From a virus (lineage: Duplodnaviria > Caudoviricetes): a stretch of 38,835 nucleotides of DNA. Where the stretch lies: positions 1-38,835 of the IMG/VR virus record IMGVR_UViG_3300022697_000367, one strand, 5' to 3'. Made by a program: the position numbers and the translations under genes. Shown in pieces: positions 25,457 through 35,118 of the stretch (the stretch's first letter is position 1; each line of letters opens with the position of its first letter). Below the pieces are notes generated by a model that searched no databases, was not told the DNA's origin, and saw only the letters and a list, made by a program, of their open reading frames with translations.

Positions 25457-25761
25457 CGGTTGCCGTTGATCAATCAGGCATCCGCTGCAGTCTATGCGCT
25501 CACAAGGACTGCGATGGAAAGAAGGGCGTAAGCTGGTTTGAATTGGATGGGGAAGATATTAAACAATGCCCGTTAACTTTGATTACGAAAGAAACAATTA
25601 TATTTACGAAATTATACACACACTATAAAAATGGTTTTCTCCCTGCAACGGGAGGGATCCTCGAACAAACGGTTCAATTTCTCCTGGCGATGGAAGTGAT
25701 CGATAAAGCCGTTCAAGATAATAGGGAAAAGGAAGAAGAAAGGAAAAAGAGACTTGGCTGA
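25441..25761 (+). CDS. -1 frameshift extension of tail chaperone (GT-like)
   Basis: A AAA AAC at 25441-25447; -1 frame open (KLRIAVAVDQSGIRCSLC...) through to TGA 25759-25761. Confidence 0.85.
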   Translation, partial: KKLRIAVAVDQSGIRCSLCAHKDCDGKKGVSWFELDGEDIKQCPLTLITKETIIFTKLYTHYKNGFLPATGGILEQTVQFLLAMEVIDKAVQDNREKEEERKKRLG

Positions 25762-28468
25762 AACCGTTGCAGAACTCAGTATCGTCATCCGTGCAAGGAA
25801 TGCTGCGAATGCTGTGCTGAAAAAAATTGGTAAAGATTTTGGCGGGCTCATCAAGCAGGCGCAAAAATACCGTGCCGAGCTTGCAGACGTCGGCAAAAAA
25901 CTGCTCCTTGTAGGCGTTGCGGCTTCGGCCCTGTTTATTGGTTCCGCTGTAGTTTTCAACAATCTCGAGCAGGAAATGGCCAATGTCCGGAAAACCACGG
26001 GGTTGACCCGCGTAGAAATTTCCGGCCTGAAAAAGGAATTTATCGACCTTTCCAAGCGCATCCCGGTATCAGCCAGGGAGCTGGCCTCCATTGGAGCCAT
26101 CGCGGGTCAATTGGGAATTCAGGGCACGAAAAATATTCTTTCTTTTACGGAAACCGTCGCCCAGTTTGCCACTGTTACCGACTTTACCGCCGAAGAGGCC
26201 GCTGAAAACCTGGCCCGGCTTTCAAACATTTTAAAACTGCCTATCAGGGATGTTAGAAGGCTGGCTGGCGTTATAAATGAACTGGAAAACACGACAACCG
26301 CGAAAGCTCCGGTAATCGCTGATTTCATGCAAAGAATCGCGGTTTCCGGTAGACAGATAAATCTCTCGACACCGGCGATCGCCGCGTTGTCCGCAACTTT
26401 GGTTGACCTTGGGTTTAAAGCGGAACTGGGTGGAACAGCCGTGAGCGCGACATTCACAAAGATGATTAGCGACGCGGATAAGTTTGGCAAGCAGATGGGA
26501 TTAACCGCTGAAGAGTTCCGCGCCAGCCTGGAAAAAGACGCCATCGGAACAATCATCAAATGGGCGGAATCCATTCAAAACCTTCCGACTGAACAGTTGA
26601 TAGCGCAGTTTGACGAAGTTGGAATTAGCGGGACCAGGGCCTTGCAGGTATTTGGGGCATTGACCAAGGGGTCGGAAAAATTAAAAAAGAATGTTAAAAC
26701 CGCCAACGATGAATTCAAACTGGGAACCTCTTTGTTGAAGGAGTTCTCAATTTTTATTGCTACAACATGGAAACAAACGGAAATTCTAAGGAATAAAATT
26801 TCAGCCCTGGCAAATTTCATCGGGAAAACCTTGAACCCCGCCTGGCTAAAAGCCGTCGAGATCGGAGGGCAGGTTACGGAATTTTTCGATGCACTTGATG
26901 ATAGTACAAAACGAAACATCGTCACGTTTGGATTGTGGGTGACTTCGATGGCCCTGGTTATTGGTTCTTTTTCCCTGGTCGCTACGGCAATTGTGCCCCT
27001 GGTGATCGTCCTCGGGGCTTTGGGCGTAGCGGCGACTCCGATCGCGGTGGTTTTAGGTGCAATCGCCCTCGTCACCGCCATTGCAGTTAATCAATTCGTC
27101 AATTTGGGAGAACAGTCGGACAAGGTGAAAAAAAAGTTGGAGGGTCAGGAGCGAGCTCTAAAATTTTTAACGGATGAGGGAAAAAAACTCACCGCACAAT
27201 ACTTGGCCGTTACAGATAGTCAAAAGGCGGTGGGGGTTGGATTGGATAAAACCACCAACAAATTAGCTAAAGTCAATAAAGCTTTTGCCACCCTCGATCT
27301 GGATTCTGAAAAATCGATCCGCGACCAAATCAAAAAAATCAATGACGCACTTGAAACGTTGAGAGTATCAGGCGTGGCCAGTGTGAATGAACTGGACCGC
27401 GCGGAGGCGAGAGCGGCAAATCAAACCAGGGAGCTTTTTAAAGCACTGGACCCTGAAAAAGTAGAAATGGTGAAAACCTCTTTTGAGAAACTAACGTCTG
27501 CCCTGGGTGAAATGGATCAGGCTCAATTACGCGTTTTGAACAGTCAAAAAGAATTATTGTCCCTGCAAATCGATGCGGCGCAAAAAAGAGTTGACGGCAT
27601 CCTCGGAATTATCGCTGTTGAAGATGAATTGGCGGGATTTAAAAAAGAAATCGCCGACCGGGGATTTTCTGAAGAGTTTAAAAATTTCAGGCTGATCGAG
27701 GGTCTCCAGAAAAATTTAAAAAATATAAATAGAGTTGATGGAGAGGAAAGAATTACGCAATTAAGAAAGATAGCTGATGAGGCTAAGTTGGCGGTCGGCA
27801 AATTTAAAGACGGTAGCTTCTTAGAAACTGCGGCAATTAAACTGGTCGAAGATGCCTTAAAGCGCTTATCTACTGAGCTAAAAAAACAGGGAAATATTAA
27901 TCCGGGGAGAAAGATCAGCCTCCAACTTAAATCGGCAGAAGGCGTTGTTCAGGATCTTCGCGATGAATTTAAAAGACTCAGCGAGGAAATTGCTAACATC
28001 GAGGCCGTTATTCGCATCACTAATCAGGAACAACTCATCGCTGAAGCTACCCGGTTGAGAAGCCAGATCGAGGACAAGTTTTCCACGGCAATCGTTCAGG
28101 ATGTCATCATTCGCCAGCGGTTTGAAACGACCGGCCAATCGATTAATTCCAGTGTTGGCAGGACCAAAAATAGCACGGGCGATCTGCCGGGATTTAATCT
28201 GAAGTCACTATTTCAGGAGCAAAACTTCCCCTCCTTCGCCAAGGGCATCCGGTTTGTGCCACGCGACATGACGGCCAATATTCATCAAGGGGAAGGTGTG
28301 TTGACGGCGCAGGAAAATCGCGAGTTTTTAGGCGGTACGATTGGCAGTCGGACTATTTCATTTGGCGACATTAATATCTATCCCGCTACAAGCACTGAAG
28401 CGCCGGAAGTGACCGCGCGAAAGATCCGCGCAGAACTGCAACGCATCGATGAACGGCGGAGTAATTAA
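25754..28468 (+). CDS. Tape measure protein (TP901-like core)
   Basis: MANVRKTTGL, ELA.I.AIAGQLG, E.GGTA.S, hydrophobic mid-segment, FAKG..VP.DM.A.IHQGE.VL. Confidence 0.93.
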   Translation: MAETVAELSIVIRARNAANAVLKKIGKDFGGLIKQAQKYRAELADVGKKLLLVGVAASALFIGSAVVFNNLEQEMANVRKTTGLTRVEISGLKKEFIDLSKRIPVSARELASIGAIAGQLGIQGTKNILSFTETVAQFATVTDFTAEEAAENLARLSNILKLPIRDVRRLAGVINELENTTTAKAPVIADFMQRIAVSGRQINLSTPAIAALSATLVDLGFKAELGGTAVSATFTKMISDADKFGKQMGLTAEEFRASLEKDAIGTIIKWAESIQNLPTEQLIAQFDEVGISGTRALQVFGALTKGSEKLKKNVKTANDEFKLGTSLLKEFSIFIATTWKQTEILRNKISALANFIGKTLNPAWLKAVEIGGQVTEFFDALDDSTKRNIVTFGLWVTSMALVIGSFSLVATAIVPLVIVLGALGVAATPIAVVLGAIALVTAIAVNQFVNLGEQSDKVKKKLEGQERALKFLTDEGKKLTAQYLAVTDSQKAVGVGLDKTTNKLAKVNKAFATLDLDSEKSIRDQIKKINDALETLRVSGVASVNELDRAEARAANQTRELFKALDPEKVEMVKTSFEKLTSALGEMDQAQLRVLNSQKELLSLQIDAAQKRVDGILGIIAVEDELAGFKKEIADRGFSEEFKNFRLIEGLQKNLKNINRVDGEERITQLRKIADEAKLAVGKFKDGSFLETAAIKLVEDALKRLSTELKKQGNINPGRKISLQLKSAEGVVQDLRDEFKRLSEEIANIEAVIRITNQEQLIAEATRLRSQIEDKFSTAIVQDVIIRQRFETTGQSINSSVGRTKNSTGDLPGFNLKSLFQEQNFPSFAKGIRFVPRDMTANIHQGEGVLTAQENREFLGGTIGSRTISFGDINIYPATSTEAPEVTARKIRAELQRIDERRSN

Positions 28469-28848
28469 TGGCCCTCGGATTCTATTTCCCCACAAAGGCT
28501 GCGCCAACTTCTTCCTGGCTGCCAGTGAGCGGACCTGAGTTTCCTTTGGAAACTCCGGTGGACTACCCGGAGCAATTGATCGGGGAAACCGCTGGAGGGA
28601 CCCTCTACGTCCAGGACAAGGGGCCAAAGCGGGAAACGTTCGACCTGGAATTTCTACTGATGTCCAAAGCCGACAGGGACAATGCCCTCGTTTTTTTTAA
28701 CGCCGTTAAAAAGGCCTTCAATGCTTTTGAATATGAGGACGGCAACGGAACCTTGCACAGCGTCCGCTGGGTGAATCTGTTCACGTTCCGCAAAGACCGC
28801 CCGACTTTGTATTCCGGGGAAATCCTACTCAGAAAGGAAACGGCATGA
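28468..28848 (+). CDS. Distal tail-like protein
   Basis: Follows TMP; T.GG.LYVQD.G, F.Y.D..G....VRW. Confidence 0.7.
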   Translation: MALGFYFPTKAAPTSSWLPVSGPEFPLETPVDYPEQLIGETAGGTLYVQDKGPKRETFDLEFLLMSKADRDNALVFFNAVKKAFNAFEYEDGNGTLHSVRWVNLFTFRKDRPTLYSGEILLRKETA

Positions 28849-29144
28849 TCGACTGGGGAAAAGCAAATCCGGATGATTTTTCGCTCCAAGTTGAAAGCGA
28901 GTCCATTAAGGAAGTAGGCGAAAACTATATTTTTCCGGTCAGGGTTTATCACAAAGAAGGGGATTTTGCTTTTATAAAGTCGATCCCCATCCGTGCGGAA
29001 TTTTACCGTGAGTTAAAAAGTACCAAGGATTGGAAATCCGCGTTGACAAAAATATTTCAGCAACGAGTTAAAGACGAAATCATTACCCGGACAAAATTCG
29101 GGCGCATCCCGATAGAAGATAAAATCGCCTGGATCGAAAAATAA
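28845..29144 (+). CDS. Hypothetical protein in tail operon
   Basis: ATGA overlap, AAGGA RBS, charged 99-aa ORF. Confidence 0.65.
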   Translation: MIDWGKANPDDFSLQVESESIKEVGENYIFPVRVYHKEGDFAFIKSIPIRAEFYRELKSTKDWKSALTKIFQQRVKDEIITRTKFGRIPIEDKIAWIEK

Positions 29145-29147
29145 ATC

Positions 29148-32100
29148 ATGCGAACCGACTTCACCACATCTTTTGCTACGGAAAAGGATAAAAAGGCCCA
29201 CGGGCCGGTCACGTTGATGAAAATCGACTGGCCTGCTATCGGCGGATTGCCTGCCCTGACCCTTCGCTTGGCCGACCGGGGATCCGATGCCGATAACGGC
29301 AAGCTCACGATCAACGGGACAGACTGGTACGCGGTCATCCTGAACGCGGGGGATCTTGACCGGCTGGTGAGCGCGGGAAATTTTTCCGCCAACTCCGTCG
29401 CCGATCTCAAAGTGACGCTCACTAATTTACCGACCGCCTTGTTCAGTCCGGCAAAGCCGTTCAGCTACGTTTTTAAGGACCGTCCACCTGAAGCGGCCAC
29501 AATAACCGTGTCGCAGTGGTTTGAAGGTTTGTTGGAGTCGGATATCGCCCCGCTTTTTGTCGCCAGAATGGAAGATCCCGTCCGTTTCGATGAATTGACC
29601 TGTTCTTTCGACCTGGTTGATATTGCCGGATCCAGGGGAAGTGTGGCCGTGGGCAGCCTGATCAACTTAACCGATTATCCCGACGCGCCTGAATCTTCCA
29701 TAGGCAAGATGAAACCTATTGTCATTGGCCAGGTGGAAGACGCACCATCAATTTTGGTTAAAGAAGCGGCGGAGACGATAATTACTTCCGTTGTCGCTCC
29801 GGGAGATGCGACTTTGACCGTTGCGGACACTGCCGCTTTTGCCGCATCCGGCACGTTGAAACTCAACGACGATGAAGTCGCGTATACGGGCAAGACGGCC
29901 ACGACCTTCACCGGCTGTACCGGCGTCAACGAATTTCATTTCGCTGATGATGTGGTTTTGGAAAAGATCACCGATCACCGCTACTTGTTCAGCGATCCGG
30001 CGTATGCCATCAAACAAATCAGCGGCGTTCAGGTGGACGGCCAACCGGCAGATGCGGGAGATTACAGCATCGATCTTCCCAATGGCGAGGTGGTGTTTAA
30101 TAAGAAACCGGAGAAAGCGGATTCCCTGGATACTAAATTTCTGCAGGCGCAGTTAGATGCCATCGGAACGGGCAATAATGCGGTCGATCCTTTGAGCGCA
30201 ATCGATGCGGACACTCGAACCACTTACGCAAAAATCAACCAGACCAACAACATCCTTTCCCTGAAACAGACCACCGTCATGCCCGCCATCGGCGTGATCG
30301 GAAAGGTTAAGTTATTGGTTCACCATTTTCTGGAAGAAAAGCTTCCTAACGACAGCCTCTCGGTCGATATCGTCGGTATCGGTCAGGTGGGTGTTTTGTC
30401 CCCGCCTGCGCTGGATGACGTTGCGAGTTCAGGAAACCTGACCACCGATTTCACGCATTCTACGTTGGACAATATTGGAGTTGCGCTCGATGACATTAGC
30501 CACCAACACGACGTTGCGTTTACCCAGGATCAAATTGTCCATAATCCAACTGGAGGTCTTGGGTTTGTTGATGTTGGTGTATTGTCAAGCGGGCAACAAA
30601 TATTTTTTAAAGATATAACGTACGTCAATCAAACAGGAGACAGCGCAAATTACACATTCACGGTCTCTGCAAATCAGCCAGCTTCCTTCTCCGGCGACGG
30701 CAATGTCCAAATATATATTGATTCAACCAACGAACTGATTTTTTCAAAAACTCAGTTTGAAACAGGCGGGTCTCAAATCTTTGTGAACAATACTGCCGCA
30801 TCGGTTTCAGGAAGCCCCGGAGCATCTTTACGTCTGAGAATAGTTTTCAACGCACCTTCTTCTAATTTTGGCTCCTCTGATTATAACCTGGCTGGTTTTA
30901 CGCGCACCACCTTCTCCACTAACAGCGGCAATACCGATGCTCAACTGGCAGGAAAAGCGGCGACCAAAACTGGCGGCGTTTCCACTGCGGGCAGCGTGAT
31001 CCCAATCGATGGAACCGCTGAAAAGTCTACATTATCAGTCACCGATTTCATCGACATCACCAGCCAGGTCGCAGGTGACTGGGCGTGGTTCACCAACAAG
31101 GAAGTGCAGGTCAAATACAACGGGACTTCCGATGGGCGCACGGCGTTTATCATTCATGTGGCGTTCGAGATCGAATATGCCCGGCGTCGGTTGAGTTTCA
31201 CGGACAAAGTCACCGCTTTAGTCCAGGGCGTGAAAGACGACGGCACGGGAACCGTCACGGGTACCGCAAACGCATTGATCGAACGGCCCGATCACGTTTT
31301 CAAATGGTCGATACTTAACCTTCTAAGCTTGACCGCCACGGATATCAATACGGCATCGTTCACCCAGGCGGGTACGGATTTTTTGGGAGCCATCACGGGT
31401 GGCTATAAGTTTGCCGGAATTATCCAGGGCAAAACAGAGATTAAAAATCTGTGGCGATCCTGGGAAAAAAACTGCCGGGCTTATTTCTTTTGGGATTTGG
31501 GTAAAGCTAAAATTCAGTTCCGTCCCTTGAATCAGATCACCCTGCCGTTCACGGCCGACAAAACCATTCCCTCCAACATGATCCGCCTGGATGGAAATGG
31601 CCGCGCCATGATGTCCTGTGAGCGCACTCCAAACCGCAACATCGTTAACACCATCGATCTTCGATATAAACGCGATTGGGCTTCCGGGGAATACAGTTCG
31701 GTTGAAACCGGGAGCGATGCCGATTCCATCACCCGTTATGGACGCCGGGAAAAGCTGGACGACTTTGAGTTCGATTGGTCCCGCGTTCAAGTGCAGGCCG
31801 CCGACCTTACGGCTTTCTTTCTGGCCCAGCACAAGGAGCCTTCCGACGTTCTGGAGTTGGAGTTGTTTTTGGACAATGTAGAACTGGAGCGCGGCGATCT
31901 TTTAAAAATCAGTCCGCCGACTCATGAGAATGCGAACCTTCCAGCCCTTGTCCTGGGAGCGGGAAGAAAAATCGGATCGGGACGCGGAAGTCGCATGGAT
32001 TCAATTCCGCTAACCATCATGCTGCTGACTGTTTTTTTGTGGAAAGCCAACTTAACCGGCACAGCCACCTTAACCGCAACGCTTACATCAAATAGATTGC

Positions 32101-32228
32101 TGGCCGCGCAATTATCGGGGTCATCGTCCCTTTCAGCAACACTTTCAGTATTTACCGACAGTGGTGAGGGCGGTTTCGGCGTGCAACCTTTTGGAACGTC
32201 AAAATTTGGCGGGGTTGTTCTTTCATAA
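29148..32228 (+). CDS. Tail tip / hub / host-specificity protein
   Basis: 1026 aa; PIV.G, E...YTGKT.TTFTGCT, N.I.L.Y...SI.RYG, LE.GD hub motifs. Confidence 0.82.
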   Translation: MRTDFTTSFATEKDKKAHGPVTLMKIDWPAIGGLPALTLRLADRGSDADNGKLTINGTDWYAVILNAGDLDRLVSAGNFSANSVADLKVTLTNLPTALFSPAKPFSYVFKDRPPEAATITVSQWFEGLLESDIAPLFVARMEDPVRFDELTCSFDLVDIAGSRGSVAVGSLINLTDYPDAPESSIGKMKPIVIGQVEDAPSILVKEAAETIITSVVAPGDATLTVADTAAFAASGTLKLNDDEVAYTGKTATTFTGCTGVNEFHFADDVVLEKITDHRYLFSDPAYAIKQISGVQVDGQPADAGDYSIDLPNGEVVFNKKPEKADSLDTKFLQAQLDAIGTGNNAVDPLSAIDADTRTTYAKINQTNNILSLKQTTVMPAIGVIGKVKLLVHHFLEEKLPNDSLSVDIVGIGQVGVLSPPALDDVASSGNLTTDFTHSTLDNIGVALDDISHQHDVAFTQDQIVHNPTGGLGFVDVGVLSSGQQIFFKDITYVNQTGDSANYTFTVSANQPASFSGDGNVQIYIDSTNELIFSKTQFETGGSQIFVNNTAASVSGSPGASLRLRIVFNAPSSNFGSSDYNLAGFTRTTFSTNSGNTDAQLAGKAATKTGGVSTAGSVIPIDGTAEKSTLSVTDFIDITSQVAGDWAWFTNKEVQVKYNGTSDGRTAFIIHVAFEIEYARRRLSFTDKVTALVQGVKDDGTGTVTGTANALIERPDHVFKWSILNLLSLTATDINTASFTQAGTDFLGAITGGYKFAGIIQGKTEIKNLWRSWEKNCRAYFFWDLGKAKIQFRPLNQITLPFTADKTIPSNMIRLDGNGRAMMSCERTPNRNIVNTIDLRYKRDWASGEYSSVETGSDADSITRYGRREKLDDFEFDWSRVQVQAADLTAFFLAQHKEPSDVLELELFLDNVELERGDLLKISPPTHENANLPALVLGAGRKIGSGRGSRMDSIPLTIMLLTVFLWKANLTGTATLTATLTSNRLLAAQLSGSSSLSATLSVFTDSGEGGFGVQPFGTSKFGGVVLS

Positions 32229-32249
32229 AAATATAAAACAAGGCTCGAT

Positions 32250-32681
32250 ATGGCGTCACTATCCAATTACCTAGAAAACAAAATAATCGACCTTATTTTT
32301 AGGTCTGCGACTTTTGCTAAACCGACAGTTTTGGCAATCGCCCTTTTTACCTCCGGCCCCACCGATGCGGGAGGTGGAACTGAAGTTTCAGGCGGTGGGT
32401 ACGTCAGACAGACCTTGAACCCTTCCGATTCTAACTGGAATGCGACACAAGGGGGAACCTCTGGCGTTTCTACCGGCACGTCTGGGTCCACAAGCAATGC
32501 CCTGGTTATCACTTTTCCAACGCCGACCGCAAGTTGGGGTCTGGTGACCCATATAGGTATTTTTGACGCTGTGGCTGGAGGAAATTTATTGTTGCACGGT
32601 CCATTAACCACCGCGAAGCAGATCGAAATTGGAGAGGTTACTAAACTCAGCGCAGGGGATTTGGTAAATATTTTAGCTTAG
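32250..32681 (+). CDS. Tail fibre-associated structural protein
   Basis: SNYLE, ALFT..P.D.GGG.EVSGG.Y.RQ, ITFP..T..WG..TH.GI.DA..GGN.L. Confidence 0.82.
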   Translation: MASLSNYLENKIIDLIFRSATFAKPTVLAIALFTSGPTDAGGGTEVSGGGYVRQTLNPSDSNWNATQGGTSGVSTGTSGSTSNALVITFPTPTASWGLVTHIGIFDAVAGGNLLLHGPLTTAKQIEIGEVTKLSAGDLVNILA

Positions 32682-32692
32682 AAAGAGGTTTT

Positions 32693-33568
32693 ATGGCCAA
32701 CACAGTGACTCCAAATTTTGGGATTAAAAAACCCGCCGCTGGCGACATTAACTGGGATGACGAATACGCTCAGTTCGCCGACCTGGTGGATTCCCGCTTG
32801 ATGATGACCGGAATGAAAAACGTCATTATCAACGGCAACTTGAATATTAATCAGCAGGAGGTTTCTGGCACGGTTGTCCTTTTGGCGGGAGTTTACGGCC
32901 ATGATCGCTTTAAAGCGGGATCTTCCGGTTGCACTTACACATTCGCCACGTCGGCAAATGTAACCACCATCACCATTACCGCTGGGTCTCTTCAACAGGT
33001 GATTGAAGGAGTCAACCTGTTTAGTGGCACTTACGTTCTTTCCTGGGGAGGAACCGCGCAGGGGAAAATCGATGCCGGGGCTTATGGTTCAAGCGGGATC
33101 ACCGGAACCGCGACGGGCGGCACAAATATGACAGTCGAGTTTAATTCCGGCACGTTGAGTAAAATTCAGTTGGAACCCGGTACAGTGGCCACAGGGTTCG
33201 AGCCCCGATTACTTTCAATAGAACATAGACTTGCCTATTTATATTTTGAAAGGCTTAGTTTTTCTGGAAGCGTATCCAAACCAGTGGGTGCAGGAATATA
33301 TTCCACCACCACTGTTATTTTTTGCCCTGTTTTTTTCAATGAAAAACGAACGGATCCGGCAGTTTCAATTGGACAGACAGGGACGGGGGTAATATTTAAT
33401 GGCTGGACTGGAGGGACTACTGTTAATGGGAGTTCTGAGGCTATTGGTAATGCGGGCCTCAATAGTGCGCGGTTGGATATTACAACGACGGTTCGTACTG
33501 CTGGGGATGCCGCCGTCATCTTTAGTGCCGGGAATGGTGCTTACATTGACATCAATGCGGAAATATAA
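32693..33568 (+). CDS. Tail fibre / receptor-binding protein
   Basis: TPN.G..KP anchor, KN.IINGN..INQ, QLE.G.VAT.FE.R, C-terminal AEI. Confidence 0.82.
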   Translation: MANTVTPNFGIKKPAAGDINWDDEYAQFADLVDSRLMMTGMKNVIINGNLNINQQEVSGTVVLLAGVYGHDRFKAGSSGCTYTFATSANVTTITITAGSLQQVIEGVNLFSGTYVLSWGGTAQGKIDAGAYGSSGITGTATGGTNMTVEFNSGTLSKIQLEPGTVATGFEPRLLSIEHRLAYLYFERLSFSGSVSKPVGAGIYSTTTVIFCPVFFNEKRTDPAVSIGQTGTGVIFNGWTGGTTVNGSSEAIGNAGLNSARLDITTTVRTAGDAAVIFSAGNGAYIDINAEI

Positions 33569-33570
33569 AA

Positions 33571-33864
33571 ATGTATAAATTAATGAAAAGCGGGGTTTTA
33601 AAAGATGGAAGAATTTTTATACCCAACAATCCAAGGTTGGGCCTTTGGCAAGAGTATGAGGCTTGGTTTTCTGAGGGGAATTCTCCTCTTCCAGCCGACC
33701 CAACCCCTGAGAAAACACAGAAAGAGAAACACAGGGAAGATCCGGAGATGCCTTCGGTGCAAGAAGTGATTGAAGCGTTGTTTGAAAAGGAAGAGGGCGA
33801 CCCTCAACCTATGAACGCTCTTTTGGCAAGATACAGCAGAGTTAAAACTCGGAATAATAAATAA
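33571..33864 (+). CDS. Tail fibre assembly chaperone-like protein
   Basis: MYKL...FIP..P....WQEY.AW..EGN.P.PAD; follows fibre. Confidence 0.8.
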   Translation: MYKLMKSGVLKDGRIFIPNNPRLGLWQEYEAWFSEGNSPLPADPTPEKTQKEKHREDPEMPSVQEVIEALFEKEEGDPQPMNALLARYSRVKTRNNK

Positions 33865-33980
33865 ATTCATAAGTGGTCGTCGATGGGTGATCCGGGGAAA
33901 AAAATATAAAAATACAAGGAGGACCTTTAAATGGGCCTTTGGCGCATGGACATTTTCAACATAAAAAAAGGCGGTGAATT

Positions 33981-34430
33981 ATGGCGGGTTTGACTAATAA
34001 AGGGAAATTCAGAATTTTGGAAAAATATTACCGCGGCGGGGATACGTTCAATGCGGCTCTGGTCACATCCGCTGCTGCTCCAGGGCCGGACATCAATATT
34101 TTAAGTGAACTCACGGAGATCGCCGCCGGAAACGGATACACCACCGGAGGGATAGCCTTGACGGGAAACGCAACGGACTTTGATGTCATAACGGAGGATG
34201 ACGTTAATGACCGAGCCTTTATTCAGATAAAGGACCTTATCTGGACCGCCGCTGGTGGAAATTTGCCGACATCTGGTAGCGGCGCGAGGCATTTAGTATT
34301 GACCGATAACAACGTCACTATTGGGAGCCGTGAGGTAATCAATTATTGGGATCTTGCCGCCGACAGGGTGGTATCCGACACTCAGGGCTTAACGATTCAA
34401 AATCCGGAATTTCGATTAAACGAAGTATAA
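33981..34430 (+). CDS. Structural protein, second fibre-adaptor-like gene
   Basis: EI.AGNGYTTGG..L, D..WTA.GG; beta-rich, loosely similar to 32250-32681. Confidence 0.75.
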   Translation: MAGLTNKGKFRILEKYYRGGDTFNAALVTSAAAPGPDINILSELTEIAAGNGYTTGGIALTGNATDFDVITEDDVNDRAFIQIKDLIWTAAGGNLPTSGSGARHLVLTDNNVTIGSREVINYWDLAADRVVSDTQGLTIQNPEFRLNEV

Positions 34431-34450
34431 AATATTTGAAAGGAAATATT

Positions 34451-34834
34451 ATGAAAGCCATCACGTTTCGAGGGGAAAAAATGCCCTCATGGGTAAAAGG
34501 AATCAGGAAAAACGACGACGCTATTCTGGTGGATCCCGATATTGCTTATCCCGCCTTCATGAAAGAACTGGAAATGCAGGCAACGCAATTTTCGCTGCAG
34601 ATAGCCAGAAGGTGTATCAATATGCACCTGCTTGAGTTGGTTGGGCCAGGAATAACAGTCAATTTTTCGGAAAAGCATAAAAACCCGGAAAATCGGAAAT
34701 GGCGTTTATCAAATTTCCCTGAAGGCTCGAATCCCGGTGAAAACGCGCAAAGCGTTCCCGCTGATTTTAGAACGCGCTACTGGGAACCCTTAAAGAAAAA
34801 AAGAATGCTTGCGAAGGCGCAGAAACCTGCTTAA
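34451..34834 (+). CDS. Hypothetical protein
   Basis: AAGGA RBS before ATG 34451; 127 aa. Confidence 0.7.
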   Translation: MKAITFRGEKMPSWVKGIRKNDDAILVDPDIAYPAFMKELEMQATQFSLQIARRCINMHLLELVGPGITVNFSEKHKNPENRKWRLSNFPEGSNPGENAQSVPADFRTRYWEPLKKKRMLAKAQKPA

Positions 34835-34881
34835 TCGCGTAACCCTGTAAATCAAAATTTATCTAAAGTGAGGGAAAAGAT

Positions 34882-35118
34882 ATGACAAGAATGGATCAGC
34901 AGCAAGCGGTTAAACAAGTCGAATGGCTGGCTGAGATAAGAACACAGATAGGAGAGATTGAAAGGGCTTCTAAGCGAATCGACACGGCAAGAGCTCAGAT
35001 TGTTCGGTTGAAGGGAGTTGTTAAAGGTAAGGGGGCAACGGCGGACGACCTTGGTACGTATGACCACTTTTTAGCCCAAGCTAAAGCCACTATTCAAGCC
35101 GAACTTGACAAATTCTAA
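34882..35118 (+). CDS. Small helical hypothetical protein
   Basis: GAGG RBS; abuts the next gene. Confidence 0.7.
   Translation: MTRMDQQQAVKQVEWLAEIRTQIGEIERASKRIDTARAQIVRLKGVVKGKGATADDLGTYDHFLAQAKATIQAELDKF

Noticed and set aside
33931-33993. 20-codon ORF with AGGAGG RBS and A-run as a frameshift into 33981
   Set aside because: The -1 frame has TGA at 33975-33977 before the ATG; at most a short uORF or gene remnant
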